Shown: positions 22,401 through 30,488 of the stretch, one piece after another
How the letters are laid out: each line of letters begins with the position of its first letter
Position numbering within the stretch: the first letter of the stretch is position 1
DNA from: a virus
Lineage: Duplodnaviria; Caudoviricetes
IMG/VR virus record: IMGVR_UViG_3300026549_000032
Location: 32,001-96,000 of that record
Strand: one strand, 5' to 3'
Length of the DNA: 64,000 nt
Translations under genes and position numbers: made by a program
Notes under the pieces: model-generated
What the model was told of the DNA's origin: nothing
Database searches by the model: none
The model's input: the letters and a program-made list of their open reading frames with translations, nothing else

Positions 22401-24403
22401 TTAACCTCAATGAACTATTTAAGTATGCAACAGGTTTGAAGTATGTTTACGACTCACTTCGTATTTCTAATACCTCCGAACCAGTTGATCTTATGGAGCT
22501 CTTTAATTGGGATGTCCTGATCACCAACAATACTCGTGACATCTTCACGGAAAATAGTTCATATCGTGGAGAAGGTAGTTTTGCTATGACTAAATACATC
22601 AAGAGTCTTAACGAGTTTGAAACTCTCGTTAGAAAATTGATAGGTCCTAGTACGACGTCTTCAACTCGACTAACTGGTATAAGTAATATATTCCGTCAGT
22701 GTACTGTATTCATTACTGATCCTAGTCAAGCTCAATTGAACCTAGAGGCTCTGTCGATCAATAATAATATTGTTTCGATGAACTCTACGTTCCGTGACTT
22801 TAAGATGGTTGTTCCGGCTAACCCCGTGACACAAGATAACGTAGTTAGTGAGATTGGTGGTACTCCAGAATTTATTGCTCTTAAGGAAGGTCTCTTTACA
22901 TATGTTCCAAAGGTAGCTTACCTTAACCGTACTTTCCTGAATATGCGCATAGCTAATTCGATCCCTTATAACTTCTTCGGTCTCCGAAGAATTAAGAGAT
23001 ATCAATACTATGTGAAAGATGGAAGTGATTATCTGATAGGTAACTACTATAACCATACCTACGACGCTCAGCTTGTCGACCTTAGTTGCATGTTTATGAA
23101 TGTTAGATGGTATAGTGAGAATGGTGGAGTAAATGCTAGATTCTTCCAGGACGATCCAGAAATTCTTAGTGCAAACCGCTTTGAGGTACTGAGGGTAGAT
23201 GGTAGTACTGTAACTAACGAAGTTATTAGAACTATTACTGATCCGGATGAAACCTTCTATCAGAGAAGAGAAGATCCTATCTATGATGAACAAGGAAATC
23301 CAACAGGTGAAGTAAGTGTTAGATATGTAGCCGCCGGTAAGATTGGTAGCAATACTGAAATTACCGATACAGAGAACTTAAGAGGTAATTATAAACACTC
23401 CTTCTCTATCTCCTTGAGAACATCGGGGGGTTCAGATTTCGTGAACTTGTTTACGAACTTTGGCGTAGATGAGGCTGCTGTAAACTCACTGTTTATTGCC
23501 CCTGACTTCTTCTATGGATGTAAGTCAACTGCATCAATCTCTTACTGCTTCTCTAACAGTGCTGGATATGACGACTATTGCTTAGAGGGTATTATTCCTG
23601 AGCACCTGCTTAAGAATTGTCCGAACGTGAACCTTACCCATCTATTCCAGAATCTCCACATAATTCCGAGATACCTCTGGACAGTTGGTACGGAAGGAAC
23701 TGATAGAGAGATTTATAACGTCTACTATTACGTTCCGAAGAACTTTACTAAGGCAACGGACCTGTCTAATGCATTTACCTTCAATTTCATTGCCCCAGAA
23801 TGCGCAAGCACTGATGGTAATGGCGTAACAAGGTATAATAAGTACTATGTACTCTTAGACATGTCTATTAGTAAAGATGTTTCTTCGTTAAGTGATGCTC
23901 TTCCAAGCAGGGGTTATAGTGGACTTACTCACGATTCAGTTAATGGTCATTGGCCTAACTCACATACCTATGATTATGCTATCCACTACAATATAATGTA
24001 TAACATAGCAGACGATAATGGCACTGAGTTAACGACAGGTAGTGATGGTATTGATATGAACTACTTCAAGTCGCTTCGTATTGATAACCTGGTTCCTGCT
24101 ATCATCAGCTTCTTTGGAGAGGGTGATTTGTTCAATGGAACTACGTTCACTATCAATAACGCTGCTAAGACTGACACAGCTTATGCTATAACGGCTTTTA
24201 ATCAGACGAACAACGTTATTAGTCGTAACCTTAAACTGCCTCGTGCTACTGGCTCTTGGGAGAATAAGAGACTTATCAATTGGACGGGCGATACTCTGAG
24301 TTTGCCTTTGTGGGATTTCCAGATTCCAGCTGATTCAATAAGTTCATATAGAACGATGGAGAATGGCTCTAGTCGTAGAGTTGTTGTCGAGAGTTCTCAA
24401 TAA
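16442..24403 (+). CDS. Giant virion protein (2653 aa): LamG-like, CotH-kinase-like and leucine-rich/BspA-like repeat regions
   Basis: CotH-like motifs IQGSST..Y..KNY, FTLKADVVDSSHSNN, DGFPC, GVYNFN, DSVQKN, YDMDTCLG; LRR-like LKNLSL, CTNLQNV, CPNLTNLYI; BspA-like 'LTSLNSMF', 'LVDLSCMF'. Confidence 0.75.
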   Translation: MKHNGQNIIFDEDVTLTGSLAGQKLSDIIREQAEEIERLKSNLKWIYKYGGVGGSGGSGGGGGSASGYVLFASLGSVQMSNQSVAFNGEGNYDLYIKITRPNGASFRVTYSYEVMNSSGVKTTASTTVTLDVSRNYEYSATLNLNCNGRVTVTAVDSIYNETKANYLDYIIESYSVTGSLVDDTGKVYDSNEIFTSEAGTRGLKYRVSYDIAVESNGNTCYFVFSKGNEIHTATADLEGSRGYYDFDIKDFIALNEANSGYYSVTATVNLNLVGQRTDPIVMVTSFNLVPQQLFLLVQPSTGSIYTEHHSDYATNPDVYKYGAGFISFNVRPYLGSETSATAEIKYYVIDAEGNRTNDFTGTGISTKLGSQTEISIYAGTPGHCRIFFQVTSSGTTYPSPDTAGAVDGYIVYHFYIEAMSANIDWYSEDMARTATQNYWRLAEHTNSMQAFENLAKSNIYQQTANKGDITLSNLTLPANISGGASYNSNIAIGIQFNEVNSETTPILTGKYKGETALVLTQNSVTIHNTTFPYFLPKIRNYNKSDNQNYHLVNIVSRKVSRIGNFDYFEVAIYVDGILEGGSQTFTSQALIIDQLIIGQTNSFINLLESTYMVAPDVSVPLDNDIYRYYLKYKNRIILSNVSDDELTLLTYSDKFTLDGNDVYCTSSDVIENIARVLDVPTLVLTMAQDYKAILDAGYNENDEIDPIEVSVRYAAAHGNLLPIEFPTEFMGTAYFTIQIQGSSTKTYKCKNYTLTLNNRDESETASHFVYSPNYKSVSGLTGDAVTEAYKTFLPEESFTLKADVVDSSHSNNTSIGKFVNDVTKDFDTTSYTNSRNNLMGYTKNCLDGFPCVVYLCIPRVENGITTTYYYYQGVYNFNLGRESFYNLGYKDASVFCDTTGTPKLKDAGTGFCFHRVENSEDYSLKNGLVVAEIQGNSPYFDFSQWDSTILYKSLSSVSKDNETYMFDDFVTGSDLNEASAKTILQNFVKNVSLAGGYLFNEIKKKFGDSTTDYGYRDGYSTLNDQGNPANQVPNYRVHIKKSLSGETQVFNVDPSVTINAGELNDLSALILGDNGDNGFLDFRSLSEYYTICMAFGLVDSVQKNMNLKSWNANAGSGRAKFYTAFYDMDTCLGINNAGKDVSYFAFSDYWSYDDSNVDSEGTVTPTSVTIYRDFSPRASSGSTIGAADFYDTPSSYLFAVAKYARLRAANMSINGETLGIAATALFPQELWAKWRAGTTDEGDATVGCLASAEHFMNNYFSNNLGKVGIPMVNLNYRNKYFIKSTNKDVSQTTTGYSALNFAKFNGTRIAKATDWLDGRFHILDAYFNLPKSTSSFQYYNDNGNYVNVPIAGTTDQFLGEPTYESSAYNLADNSDIFVLQDIFAGQGGVNQTAGDLDINVKAKEYSPLIINTANSGVRYLLGGNDKKYHIRVPLSGNQTYSFYGSGSWTDLDSINTFNFTTLNVSTKYLENLSGDSTRTNMVIGTINMPSLKNLSLTSRTYSGELVITGEQYPNLGFVNVSNSQIKLDIQNSTFTNLNISNMTTEKVSVLGCTNLQNVVFGTGGSGTVSTTIDNLQIQPMSASQLRSGVTINNSRIKNLTMVNTTYTGNRTKLVIQNDEALTTISVRGISDVEVIGCPNLTNLYIQDPETPTSGDPNGDYLTTIVVRNCGTVNTDFRVGSATTTTTTVDLTNFSHLSVVEFRNIPGMVTCMLSTTSTVTLGNSAFADSNNMRTLSGQKIILNGTGIFSNCGAFTMKTETGAWTNMEISNSLTSLNSMFSTNVGSAITLEAARRFITNVVGSKASQITSMSSTFHGQSQIVYGLSQLRDDLRGSSNYIDLSSFTNLSNVSGLFAWSGVRAIHKKMVAFGANVSTVSFSRFLFYGDLYMEIDALANVIDKIDYLWDSSPDYQRYISTLHIVNSNGVERTDTIPLKDFFHPGGKHPTRLVELSRFELAKGQTFDMADVFKNWTSLTTLHSAFYNSHARLINLNELFKYATGLKYVYDSLRISNTSEPVDLMELFNWDVLITNNTRDIFTENSSYRGEGSFAMTKYIKSLNEFETLVRKLIGPSTTSSTRLTGISNIFRQCTVFITDPSQAQLNLEALSINNNIVSMNSTFRDFKMVVPANPVTQDNVVSEIGGTPEFIALKEGLFTYVPKVAYLNRTFLNMRIANSIPYNFFGLRRIKRYQYYVKDGSDYLIGNYYNHTYDAQLVDLSCMFMNVRWYSENGGVNARFFQDDPEILSANRFEVLRVDGSTVTNEVIRTITDPDETFYQRREDPIYDEQGNPTGEVSVRYVAAGKIGSNTEITDTENLRGNYKHSFSISLRTSGGSDFVNLFTNFGVDEAAVNSLFIAPDFFYGCKSTASISYCFSNSAGYDDYCLEGIIPEHLLKNCPNVNLTHLFQNLHIIPRYLWTVGTEGTDREIYNVYYYVPKNFTKATDLSNAFTFNFIAPECASTDGNGVTRYNKYYVLLDMSISKDVSSLSDALPSRGYSGLTHDSVNGHWPNSHTYDYAIHYNIMYNIADDNGTELTTGSDGIDMNYFKSLRIDNLVPAIISFFGEGDLFNGTTFTINNAAKTDTAYAITAFNQTNNVISRNLKLPRATGSWENKRLINWTGDTLSLPLWDFQIPADSISSYRTMENGSSRRVVVESSQ

Positions 24404-24415
24404 TATATAAAATAT

Positions 24416-24453
24416 ACTCTAGGCCTTGGGCTTAAAAACTCAAGGTCCAGAGT
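24416..24453 (+). terminator. Intergenic stem-loop (terminator or processing site)
   Basis: ACTCT-AGGCCTTGGG...CTCAAGGTCC-AGAGT inverted repeat followed by TTT. Confidence 0.5.
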
Positions 24454-24471
24454 TTTATAAAATACAAATAA

Positions 24472-25650
24472 ATGTTTCATATATCATCAAACTTTTCATA
24501 TAAGTCAACTGATTGGCTTGATGCTAGACAAGGCCAGGCTAAAACTAAATCAGACCTCTTACACTGGAATATTCCAGTCCCCGAGGGATTTATGGGCTGC
24601 TTGGATGGTATTTGGTACTATTACGATTCTCTGAAGTCTGATCCTGAAACTGGTCATTGGGTTCCATATGTAGCGGGTGATATTAATGAGGTTACTCCTG
24701 AGGAAGACTTGAAGCGTGCAGTTGCCGTAGGTGTTATTCGTGGACTGAATGAAGACGTTGTTACTCTTAAAAAGCAAACAAAGCTTATGGATAACGTCTT
24801 ATTCCCGGTTCAGATTACCTCCGCTAAAGCTGATACGACCTACAATAGTTCTCAGAGTGATCAACTGGAGGAAGACTCTGCTCTTATTCTCCCTATCATT
24901 CAAAACTTAATCTCTAGTGGTCAGTATAAGGAGGAATATGACATCAACGATGACGGTATAATCAACACCGACGACCGTGACGCTTGGGCAGCCTTGTTCA
25001 ATAATTGTCGTAACTCCTATTCTTACTTGGCGGCTGGTACTGAAGCAACTTATTGGCTTGAAGTCGGTTCGTTTATCCGACCTAAGATAACATGGAGTGT
25101 TAAGAAACAGGGATCTAGTGCTATTCCAGAAATAGATACCTCTACTGTTACTGGTCCTACAAACGGCGTAGTGAAGGATTTTACCTGGACAAGTAAGACG
25201 GGCTTAAGTAATAACTCGGTGGCAACCTACAAATATAATATCAAGTCTATAGTGGACGAAGATATCTGGGCCGAGGCATCGGTTAATTACAAGTTTGGTT
25301 ATAAAACTTATACCGGCACAGGGAACGAAGCCTTCGGAGAAAAGTTATGGTATACTATGACTGACCTGGTTGGTTTCGATGGTACCTTTGTTGAGAACGG
25401 TAAGATGTCTGCCAAGACGTTTAACTGTTCTGGTGGTAAGTATCCTTACATCTTGATTCCTAAAGTTTACTATAGCTCTTCTAACAAGACCTATGTAAAT
25501 GATAACCTGATGTCTGACTTCAAAGTAGTTGGTGTCAATCCGGGAGAGATCGTTCAGGTTAAGAATAATCGTGGTGTCAATATTCCATACGTTCTCTTAC
25601 GAACCACATATATCCAGACAGGTAGTGCAATTAAAATAGACATAAGATAA
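24472..25650 (+). CDS. Tail-associated structural protein with an EF-hand/dockerin-like loop (392 aa)
   Basis: N-terminal 'SNFSYK...LDAR' domain shared with the 606-aa ORF; YDINDDGIINTDD loop; C-terminal 'FNCSGGKYPYILIP' domain. Confidence 0.65.
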   Translation: MFHISSNFSYKSTDWLDARQGQAKTKSDLLHWNIPVPEGFMGCLDGIWYYYDSLKSDPETGHWVPYVAGDINEVTPEEDLKRAVAVGVIRGLNEDVVTLKKQTKLMDNVLFPVQITSAKADTTYNSSQSDQLEEDSALILPIIQNLISSGQYKEEYDINDDGIINTDDRDAWAALFNNCRNSYSYLAAGTEATYWLEVGSFIRPKITWSVKKQGSSAIPEIDTSTVTGPTNGVVKDFTWTSKTGLSNNSVATYKYNIKSIVDEDIWAEASVNYKFGYKTYTGTGNEAFGEKLWYTMTDLVGFDGTFVENGKMSAKTFNCSGGKYPYILIPKVYYSSSNKTYVNDNLMSDFKVVGVNPGEIVQVKNNRGVNIPYVLLRTTYIQTGSAIKIDIR

Positions 25651-26240
25651 TGGTAAAAGTACTAATTGATAACGGACATGGACAAGGGAGTCTAAAAGGT
25701 TCTCCCGATGGAAAACATAAAGAGTGGAAGTGGGCTAGAGCTATGGCTAAACGCTTAGCTATTCGCCTCAATCATTATGGTATTCCTTCACATATTCTAG
25801 TCCCTGAAGACGCTGACATTAGTTTAAAAGATAGAGCCGCACGTGCAAATGCAATCGCCGCTAAGGAAAAGTGTATCCTTGTCTCCATCCACTGTAACGC
25901 AAGTGGAGCTGATGGGAAATGGCACGATGCCCATGGTTGGTCTGTATTCGTATCTCTCAATGCCTCTGGCAATTCAAAGGCTCTTGCTTCTATGATGTCT
26001 GTTTGTGCGGAAGGAACTGGTATTAAAGTGAGAAAGCCTGATCCACAGCACGGTTACTGGAAACAGAACTTGGCTATCTGTAGAAATACGTCTTGTCCGG
26101 CAGTACTTGTAGAAAACATGTTCCAAGATAATAAAGAAGATGTAAAGTATCTTCTCTCTGAAGAAGGACAAGTTAACTTGTGCGAAATCATGGTAGAAGG
26201 TATCTGTAATTATCTTGGGATTCAATATAGTAATGATTAA
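25650..26240 (+). CDS. N-acetylmuramoyl-L-alanine amidase (Amidase_3) endolysin
   Basis: Zn ligands and catalytic motifs: VLIDNGHG, E, L..RA..AN, VSIHCNA, PAVLVENMFQDN. Confidence 0.92.
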   Translation: MVKVLIDNGHGQGSLKGSPDGKHKEWKWARAMAKRLAIRLNHYGIPSHILVPEDADISLKDRAARANAIAAKEKCILVSIHCNASGADGKWHDAHGWSVFVSLNASGNSKALASMMSVCAEGTGIKVRKPDPQHGYWKQNLAICRNTSCPAVLVENMFQDNKEDVKYLLSEEGQVNLCEIMVEGICNYLGIQYSND

Positions 26241-26242
26241 TT

Positions 26243-27205
26243 ATGGGATCTAGATTCAAAGTTCAACTTGATACTGAGGGCAACGACTATTTTCCAGCAA
26301 CCCTCACCGATGCAGTTGGGCACGAACAGACAAAAACATCCCTGACAAAACTTCTTAAGACATACGATTTATCCACCATTTGGCCAACAGAAGGCCTGCA
26401 AGGTGGTGTGTTCTACGACATTACACAGGCCATTGCGGTCTTGAATGAACACTTGACAGAGGAACAGAAGATTCCAGGAGTAAGAGCTCAGTTCTTAAAT
26501 ACTGGTAGCCGCTTAGAGGAGTGGCAGTACTTTGGAAATAACTTTAACTTTACCAATGAGTTAGGTTGGGGTCAGGTTGATTCCAGTGTGCTCAATGAGT
26601 TAGGTGCTGCTGTATTCCCCTTGTCGGTTACTCTGAACATAAGTAAGACTCTCTTACAGACGGGTAATGTTTATGATGTTAATCTGTCCTGGGCTGTGTT
26701 TAGAAAGGGAATCAATGTATCAGTCAATGCTATGAAGTACTTGAATGATGTGATGACCTTGAAAGTCGAAGAAACAGTTCGTATACAAGAACCAAGTGCA
26801 ACTACATTATCTTATAAATTTATGGCTTCGTATCAAGGACTAAGTGATACCGTAACGAAGACTATCAAAGTAGTAGATCCGTCTTACTCTGGAAAACTAG
26901 AGCCTACTGATGGAACGGATACGGTTGCCATAGGAAATGCTATTTATGCAGGAAAATTGAACCAGACTAGCTCTTTGCTGTCTAGTCGTAGTTATACTTG
27001 GTCTGGGATTAATCTGAATAATCAGAAATCGTGTTTTGTGTACCCAGCCGCTTTCGGCAAACTCTCGAATATACGAGACGCTAATAATTTTGAATATCTC
27101 GGTTCCTATACTCAAACCGACGTAGTAGTGAATGGTGTACAATATTACGCCTATACTTTAACAGACCCTGTAACAATAACGGGATTTAAACAAACCTTTA
27201 GTTAA
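26243..27205 (+). CDS. Tail-associated structural protein (320 aa)
   Basis: 'YFPATLTDAV' N-terminal fibre motif; C-terminal 'FVYPAAFGKLSNIRDANNFEYLGSY' domain shared with the 514-aa ORF. Confidence 0.65.
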   Translation: MGSRFKVQLDTEGNDYFPATLTDAVGHEQTKTSLTKLLKTYDLSTIWPTEGLQGGVFYDITQAIAVLNEHLTEEQKIPGVRAQFLNTGSRLEEWQYFGNNFNFTNELGWGQVDSSVLNELGAAVFPLSVTLNISKTLLQTGNVYDVNLSWAVFRKGINVSVNAMKYLNDVMTLKVEETVRIQEPSATTLSYKFMASYQGLSDTVTKTIKVVDPSYSGKLEPTDGTDTVAIGNAIYAGKLNQTSSLLSSRSYTWSGINLNNQKSCFVYPAAFGKLSNIRDANNFEYLGSYTQTDVVVNGVQYYAYTLTDPVTITGFKQTFS

Positions 27206-27208
27206 GTT

Positions 27209-29029
27209 ATGGCACTAATAGTAGGTGATAATTTTAGTTATAAAGGCCAGAAACCGAATTTTGAGAGAGATACTTTCTCAACTCTGGCTGCAATGAAAAG
27301 TTTCCCTACCACAAGTATAGACGAAGGTCACATATCTCTATGTCTTGAGGATGGAAAACGATATAAATATTCTGCAAGCTTTTCCAATGATCCTACCCTG
27401 GGGAAGTGGAGAAGAGTTATTGATTCTGTATTGGATGCCTCCTCTGAAAATCCAGTTCAAAATAAAGTAATATTATCAAAGTTTAGGGAAGATGAAGCAG
27501 CCTTTGCCCAACAGATTGCAGCTCTCTCACAGACTACTGCAACAAACCTAGAGGGAACAAGGCAAGCTTTACTTGCGGAAGATGCAAGAAATAGAAGTGA
27601 GATAGAAGCCCTTATCCAAGCTGGTTCTACTGCTGCCTCTACGGCATTAGCCAACCTGAGAAAAGACGTTGAGGATGACGAAGCTGCTACAGCTGCCGCA
27701 CTTAACGACAAGGTTAGCCAGAGCAGAACTATCAATGGATATGACCTGAGTGAAGATGTTATCCTAAGCAAAGCTGATGTAGGTCTCGGTGAAGTAGACA
27801 ATACAAGCGATGCTGACAAACCAGTTTCCACTCTGACACAGTTAGCCCTCGATAAGAAGGTTGACAAGCAAACGGGTTACTCTCTCATCTCTACTGCAGC
27901 TCTTACCAAATTAAATAATCTCCCGTCACAGTCAGAACTTTCGGGAGAGCTACAGACGCTTAGTGGAAATATAAGTGATCACGTAGCTGACAAGGATAAT
28001 CCTCATGAAGTAACAAAAACACAAGTTGGATTAGGAAACGTAGACAACACGAGCGACGCTGATAAGCCTGTATCCACAGCTACTCAGACCGCCTTGGATG
28101 GTAAAGTTTCTAAAACAACTACAGTCAATGGTCACGCCTTAGACACAGACATCACTATCCTGAAAGGTGATGTAGGTTTAGGGAACGTAGATAACACGAG
28201 TGATCTTGACAAACCAGTATCTACCGCGCAACAGGCAGCCATCGACGAACTCGGTCGAAATGCTAGTTCTGCCTTGAATGACTTGAGATCAACAGTTGAA
28301 TCTGTAGAAACCTCTTTGAATGATAGTAGTGAGGCCTCTGCATCGGCAATAAATGAGTTGGCAGGTATCCTGAAAAACCTGACCATTAATGGCAAGCCGT
28401 TGGATGGGACAAACTTCGTTATCACAAAAGAGGACGTTGGCTTAGGGAATGTGGAAAATGAAAGCACTTCCTCTATGCCTGTTAGTACAGCTACACAGGA
28501 AGCTCTCAATGCAAAGGTAGATAAAGTTACCACTGTTAATGGACACTCTCTAGCAGCTAATGTAACTGTCACTAAGGAAGATGTTGGCTTAGGAAATGTT
28601 GATAATACTAGTGATGCTAACAAACCTATCTCAACAGCAACACAGAGTGCACTGGATGGGAAAGTAAGTACTAGTACAACAGTTAACGGCCATGCTCTTA
28701 GTGGGAATGTGGAAGTAACGAAGACCGATCTTGGATTAGAGAATATAGAATCTGTTGTTCTTCAAGGTGGGGTTGCTGCTGCACTTACAGACATTAATGC
28801 GGACGTCCAAACTTTGACGACTACTGTTCAGACTAATGAAACTGTAGTAGCCGCCGCATTAAATGGGCTCATACTGCCTCATAACGTACTGAAATTCTGG
28901 ATAGGTACGGAAACTCAGTATCAAAACTTAGAAGGATACTCCGAGAATACTCTTTATGTAATCACTGAGGATGATACCGAGACATTACCTACCCCAGAAC
29001 AGGTTGAACCAGAACCAATGGAGCCGTAA
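27209..29029 (+). CDS. Tail fibre protein with GLGNVDNTSDxDKPVSTA repeats (606 aa)
   Basis: Five to six 'K.DVGLGNVDNTSD..KP.STA.Q.ALD.KV' repeats; 'SENPVQNKVI'; C-terminal 'WIGTETQY..L...ENTLYVI' fibre motif. Confidence 0.8.
   Translation: MALIVGDNFSYKGQKPNFERDTFSTLAAMKSFPTTSIDEGHISLCLEDGKRYKYSASFSNDPTLGKWRRVIDSVLDASSENPVQNKVILSKFREDEAAFAQQIAALSQTTATNLEGTRQALLAEDARNRSEIEALIQAGSTAASTALANLRKDVEDDEAATAAALNDKVSQSRTINGYDLSEDVILSKADVGLGEVDNTSDADKPVSTLTQLALDKKVDKQTGYSLISTAALTKLNNLPSQSELSGELQTLSGNISDHVADKDNPHEVTKTQVGLGNVDNTSDADKPVSTATQTALDGKVSKTTTVNGHALDTDITILKGDVGLGNVDNTSDLDKPVSTAQQAAIDELGRNASSALNDLRSTVESVETSLNDSSEASASAINELAGILKNLTINGKPLDGTNFVITKEDVGLGNVENESTSSMPVSTATQEALNAKVDKVTTVNGHSLAANVTVTKEDVGLGNVDNTSDANKPISTATQSALDGKVSTSTTVNGHALSGNVEVTKTDLGLENIESVVLQGGVAAALTDINADVQTLTTTVQTNETVVAAALNGLILPHNVLKFWIGTETQYQNLEGYSENTLYVITEDDTETLPTPEQVEPEPMEP
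27770..28745 (+). repeat. Intragenic fibre-shaft repeats (GLGNVDNTSD...)
   Basis: Repeated GG(C/A/T)TTAGG(A/G)AA(C/T)GT..A(C/T)AA at about 28028, 28175, 28439 and 28586; variant at about 27782. Confidence 0.85.
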
Positions 29030-29139
29030 TGAAATTGAAATTAGGACAAGAGACCCCGAAAGAAATACGCTTAGGGACTCTGGAAGTAAAGAAACTCTTC
29101 TTAGGAAGAACGCTTATCTACGATGTTGAAGCTGAATAG
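29029..29139 (+). CDS. Small tail-fibre accessory protein (36 aa; absent from the ORF track)
   Basis: TAATG overlap with the fibre stop; MKLKLGQETPKEIRLGTLEVKKLFLGRTLIYDVEAE has the triple 'xxLG' beta-repeat typical of fibre-tip partners. Confidence 0.7.
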   Translation: MKLKLGQETPKEIRLGTLEVKKLFLGRTLIYDVEAE

Positions 29140-29149
29140 ATTTATATCA

Positions 29150-29551
29150 ATGACTTCTCCGGTGGGTACTTGGGAACCTTCTCAACTCATCGGAGCTAGA
29201 GTCAAAGTAAAGTCCATGTCTCTTCGTTCCTCACTTTTTGGTTTCGATTCCGATTCAATCTATGTAATCACTGACGTGGGTTTCCGAATGTCAAAACTCG
29301 GAAAAGCTTACGGAGTAGTTTACTTAGATGGTTTTGGTACAAAAGAGTTCGTGTGGAAAGACCTAGAGATTCTAAGTCTGGATACTACACTCTACAAAAA
29401 AGCTATTTGCGGACAATTCTGTTGTGGTGGTTCACTGGTGGGATGGCAACTTACGCCAAACGATTCCTATGACGATGAATGGGATGATGGCGATAACTTG
29501 ACTAACCCAGAAGAGAATGAGACGGGTGAGGATGGAGATTTACTTGATTAG
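29150..29551 (+). CDS. Hypothetical structural protein (CGQFCCG motif, acidic tail)
   Basis: Start moved from 29123 to ATG 29150 because the upstream part overlaps the 36-aa gene. Confidence 0.6.
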   Translation: MTSPVGTWEPSQLIGARVKVKSMSLRSSLFGFDSDSIYVITDVGFRMSKLGKAYGVVYLDGFGTKEFVWKDLEILSLDTTLYKKAICGQFCCGGSLVGWQLTPNDSYDDEWDDGDNLTNPEENETGEDGDLLD

Positions 29552-29553
29552 TT

Positions 29554-30144
29554 ATGATCTTAAGGTATACACGATTTGAAAAAATTTATAGTTCTCGGGA
29601 AGAGGCTATAACCAAATTAAATAACACCTCCCGATACTATGCCGAAAACGTAGCAATCAGGTATAAATCGGGCGAAAAGGTATGTATAATGCTTGCCCTT
29701 TATCAGAGCACGACGAAGGGTGATTATACTATCAACTATGACTCCGGTGGTAATTCAAGTGGAGGAGGTTCAATAGGTTCTGGTGCTGTCAAAGAAGTAA
29801 CTCGTAGAAATGCGACAGAGACTGACTTAGATGCACTGAATCGAGCCTACTTCGGAAGTACTCCCGGGGAAGGAGACATGGTTATTATTAACACTAGGGG
29901 AACGGACTACAAAGCCATCTACTTCTATCATGGAAGTTCTTGGATATGCTTGTCAGGGACAGACGAAATAGAGGGAAGAAGTTCAACCACATTAAATCTA
30001 TCTGTAAACACAGATAAGATAACTGGACTGACTACAATTTATGGAGAAGTTCCTATCGACAACAGTTCTATTGTGGTGGATGCAGTTACGAAGAAACTTA
30101 GGGTTAATATAATCGATGGAGGAAATTTAAGCGACCTGATATGA
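29554..30144 (+). CDS. Tail-associated protein (196 aa)
   Basis: N-terminus 'R...YSSREEA...L' resembles the 514-aa N-terminus; C-terminal 'IDGG' motif. Confidence 0.6.
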   Translation: MILRYTRFEKIYSSREEAITKLNNTSRYYAENVAIRYKSGEKVCIMLALYQSTTKGDYTINYDSGGNSSGGGSIGSGAVKEVTRRNATETDLDALNRAYFGSTPGEGDMVIINTRGTDYKAIYFYHGSSWICLSGTDEIEGRSSTTLNLSVNTDKITGLTTIYGEVPIDNSSIVVDAVTKKLRVNIIDGGNLSDLI

Positions 30145-30482
30145 AAAATTCTTACAAAAAGACAAAGTGGGTCGACAATAAGACTCCAGTCTGCGCTCAA
30201 AACTTAAATAAGATTGAGAATGCGCTCTCTGAGATATACGAGAAGTGTCCAGAGAAAGATTCGTTTAAAGAGGGTAATGGAATTCTCTTTGATAATGATA
30301 ATGAAGGAAACACTGTGATTGGTGTAGATAGTACTGTCTTGACTTCTATTACGTGTACTGGCATTGAAGTTGTCACTGAGGAGCCACTTAACCCTATAAA
30401 AAATAAAATGTACTTTGTGCTCAATCAGGATATGTACCTGAGCAAGGTACAGATGAATGGTATAACATTATTTGAAATCTAA
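30141..30482 (+). CDS. Small tail/baseplate protein (113 aa)
   Basis: 'YKKTKWVD.KTP..AQNLNKIENAL' N-terminal motif common in phage fibre/baseplate proteins. Confidence 0.65.
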   Translation: MKNSYKKTKWVDNKTPVCAQNLNKIENALSEIYEKCPEKDSFKEGNGILFDNDNEGNTVIGVDSTVLTSITCTGIEVVTEEPLNPIKNKMYFVLNQDMYLSKVQMNGITLFEI

Positions 30483-30488
30483 TAAATT

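Noticed and set aside
27770-28745. CRISPR-like repeat array
   Set aside because: Repeats are in-frame, degenerate at third codon positions and encode fibre motifs; no CRISPR array seen anywhere in the window
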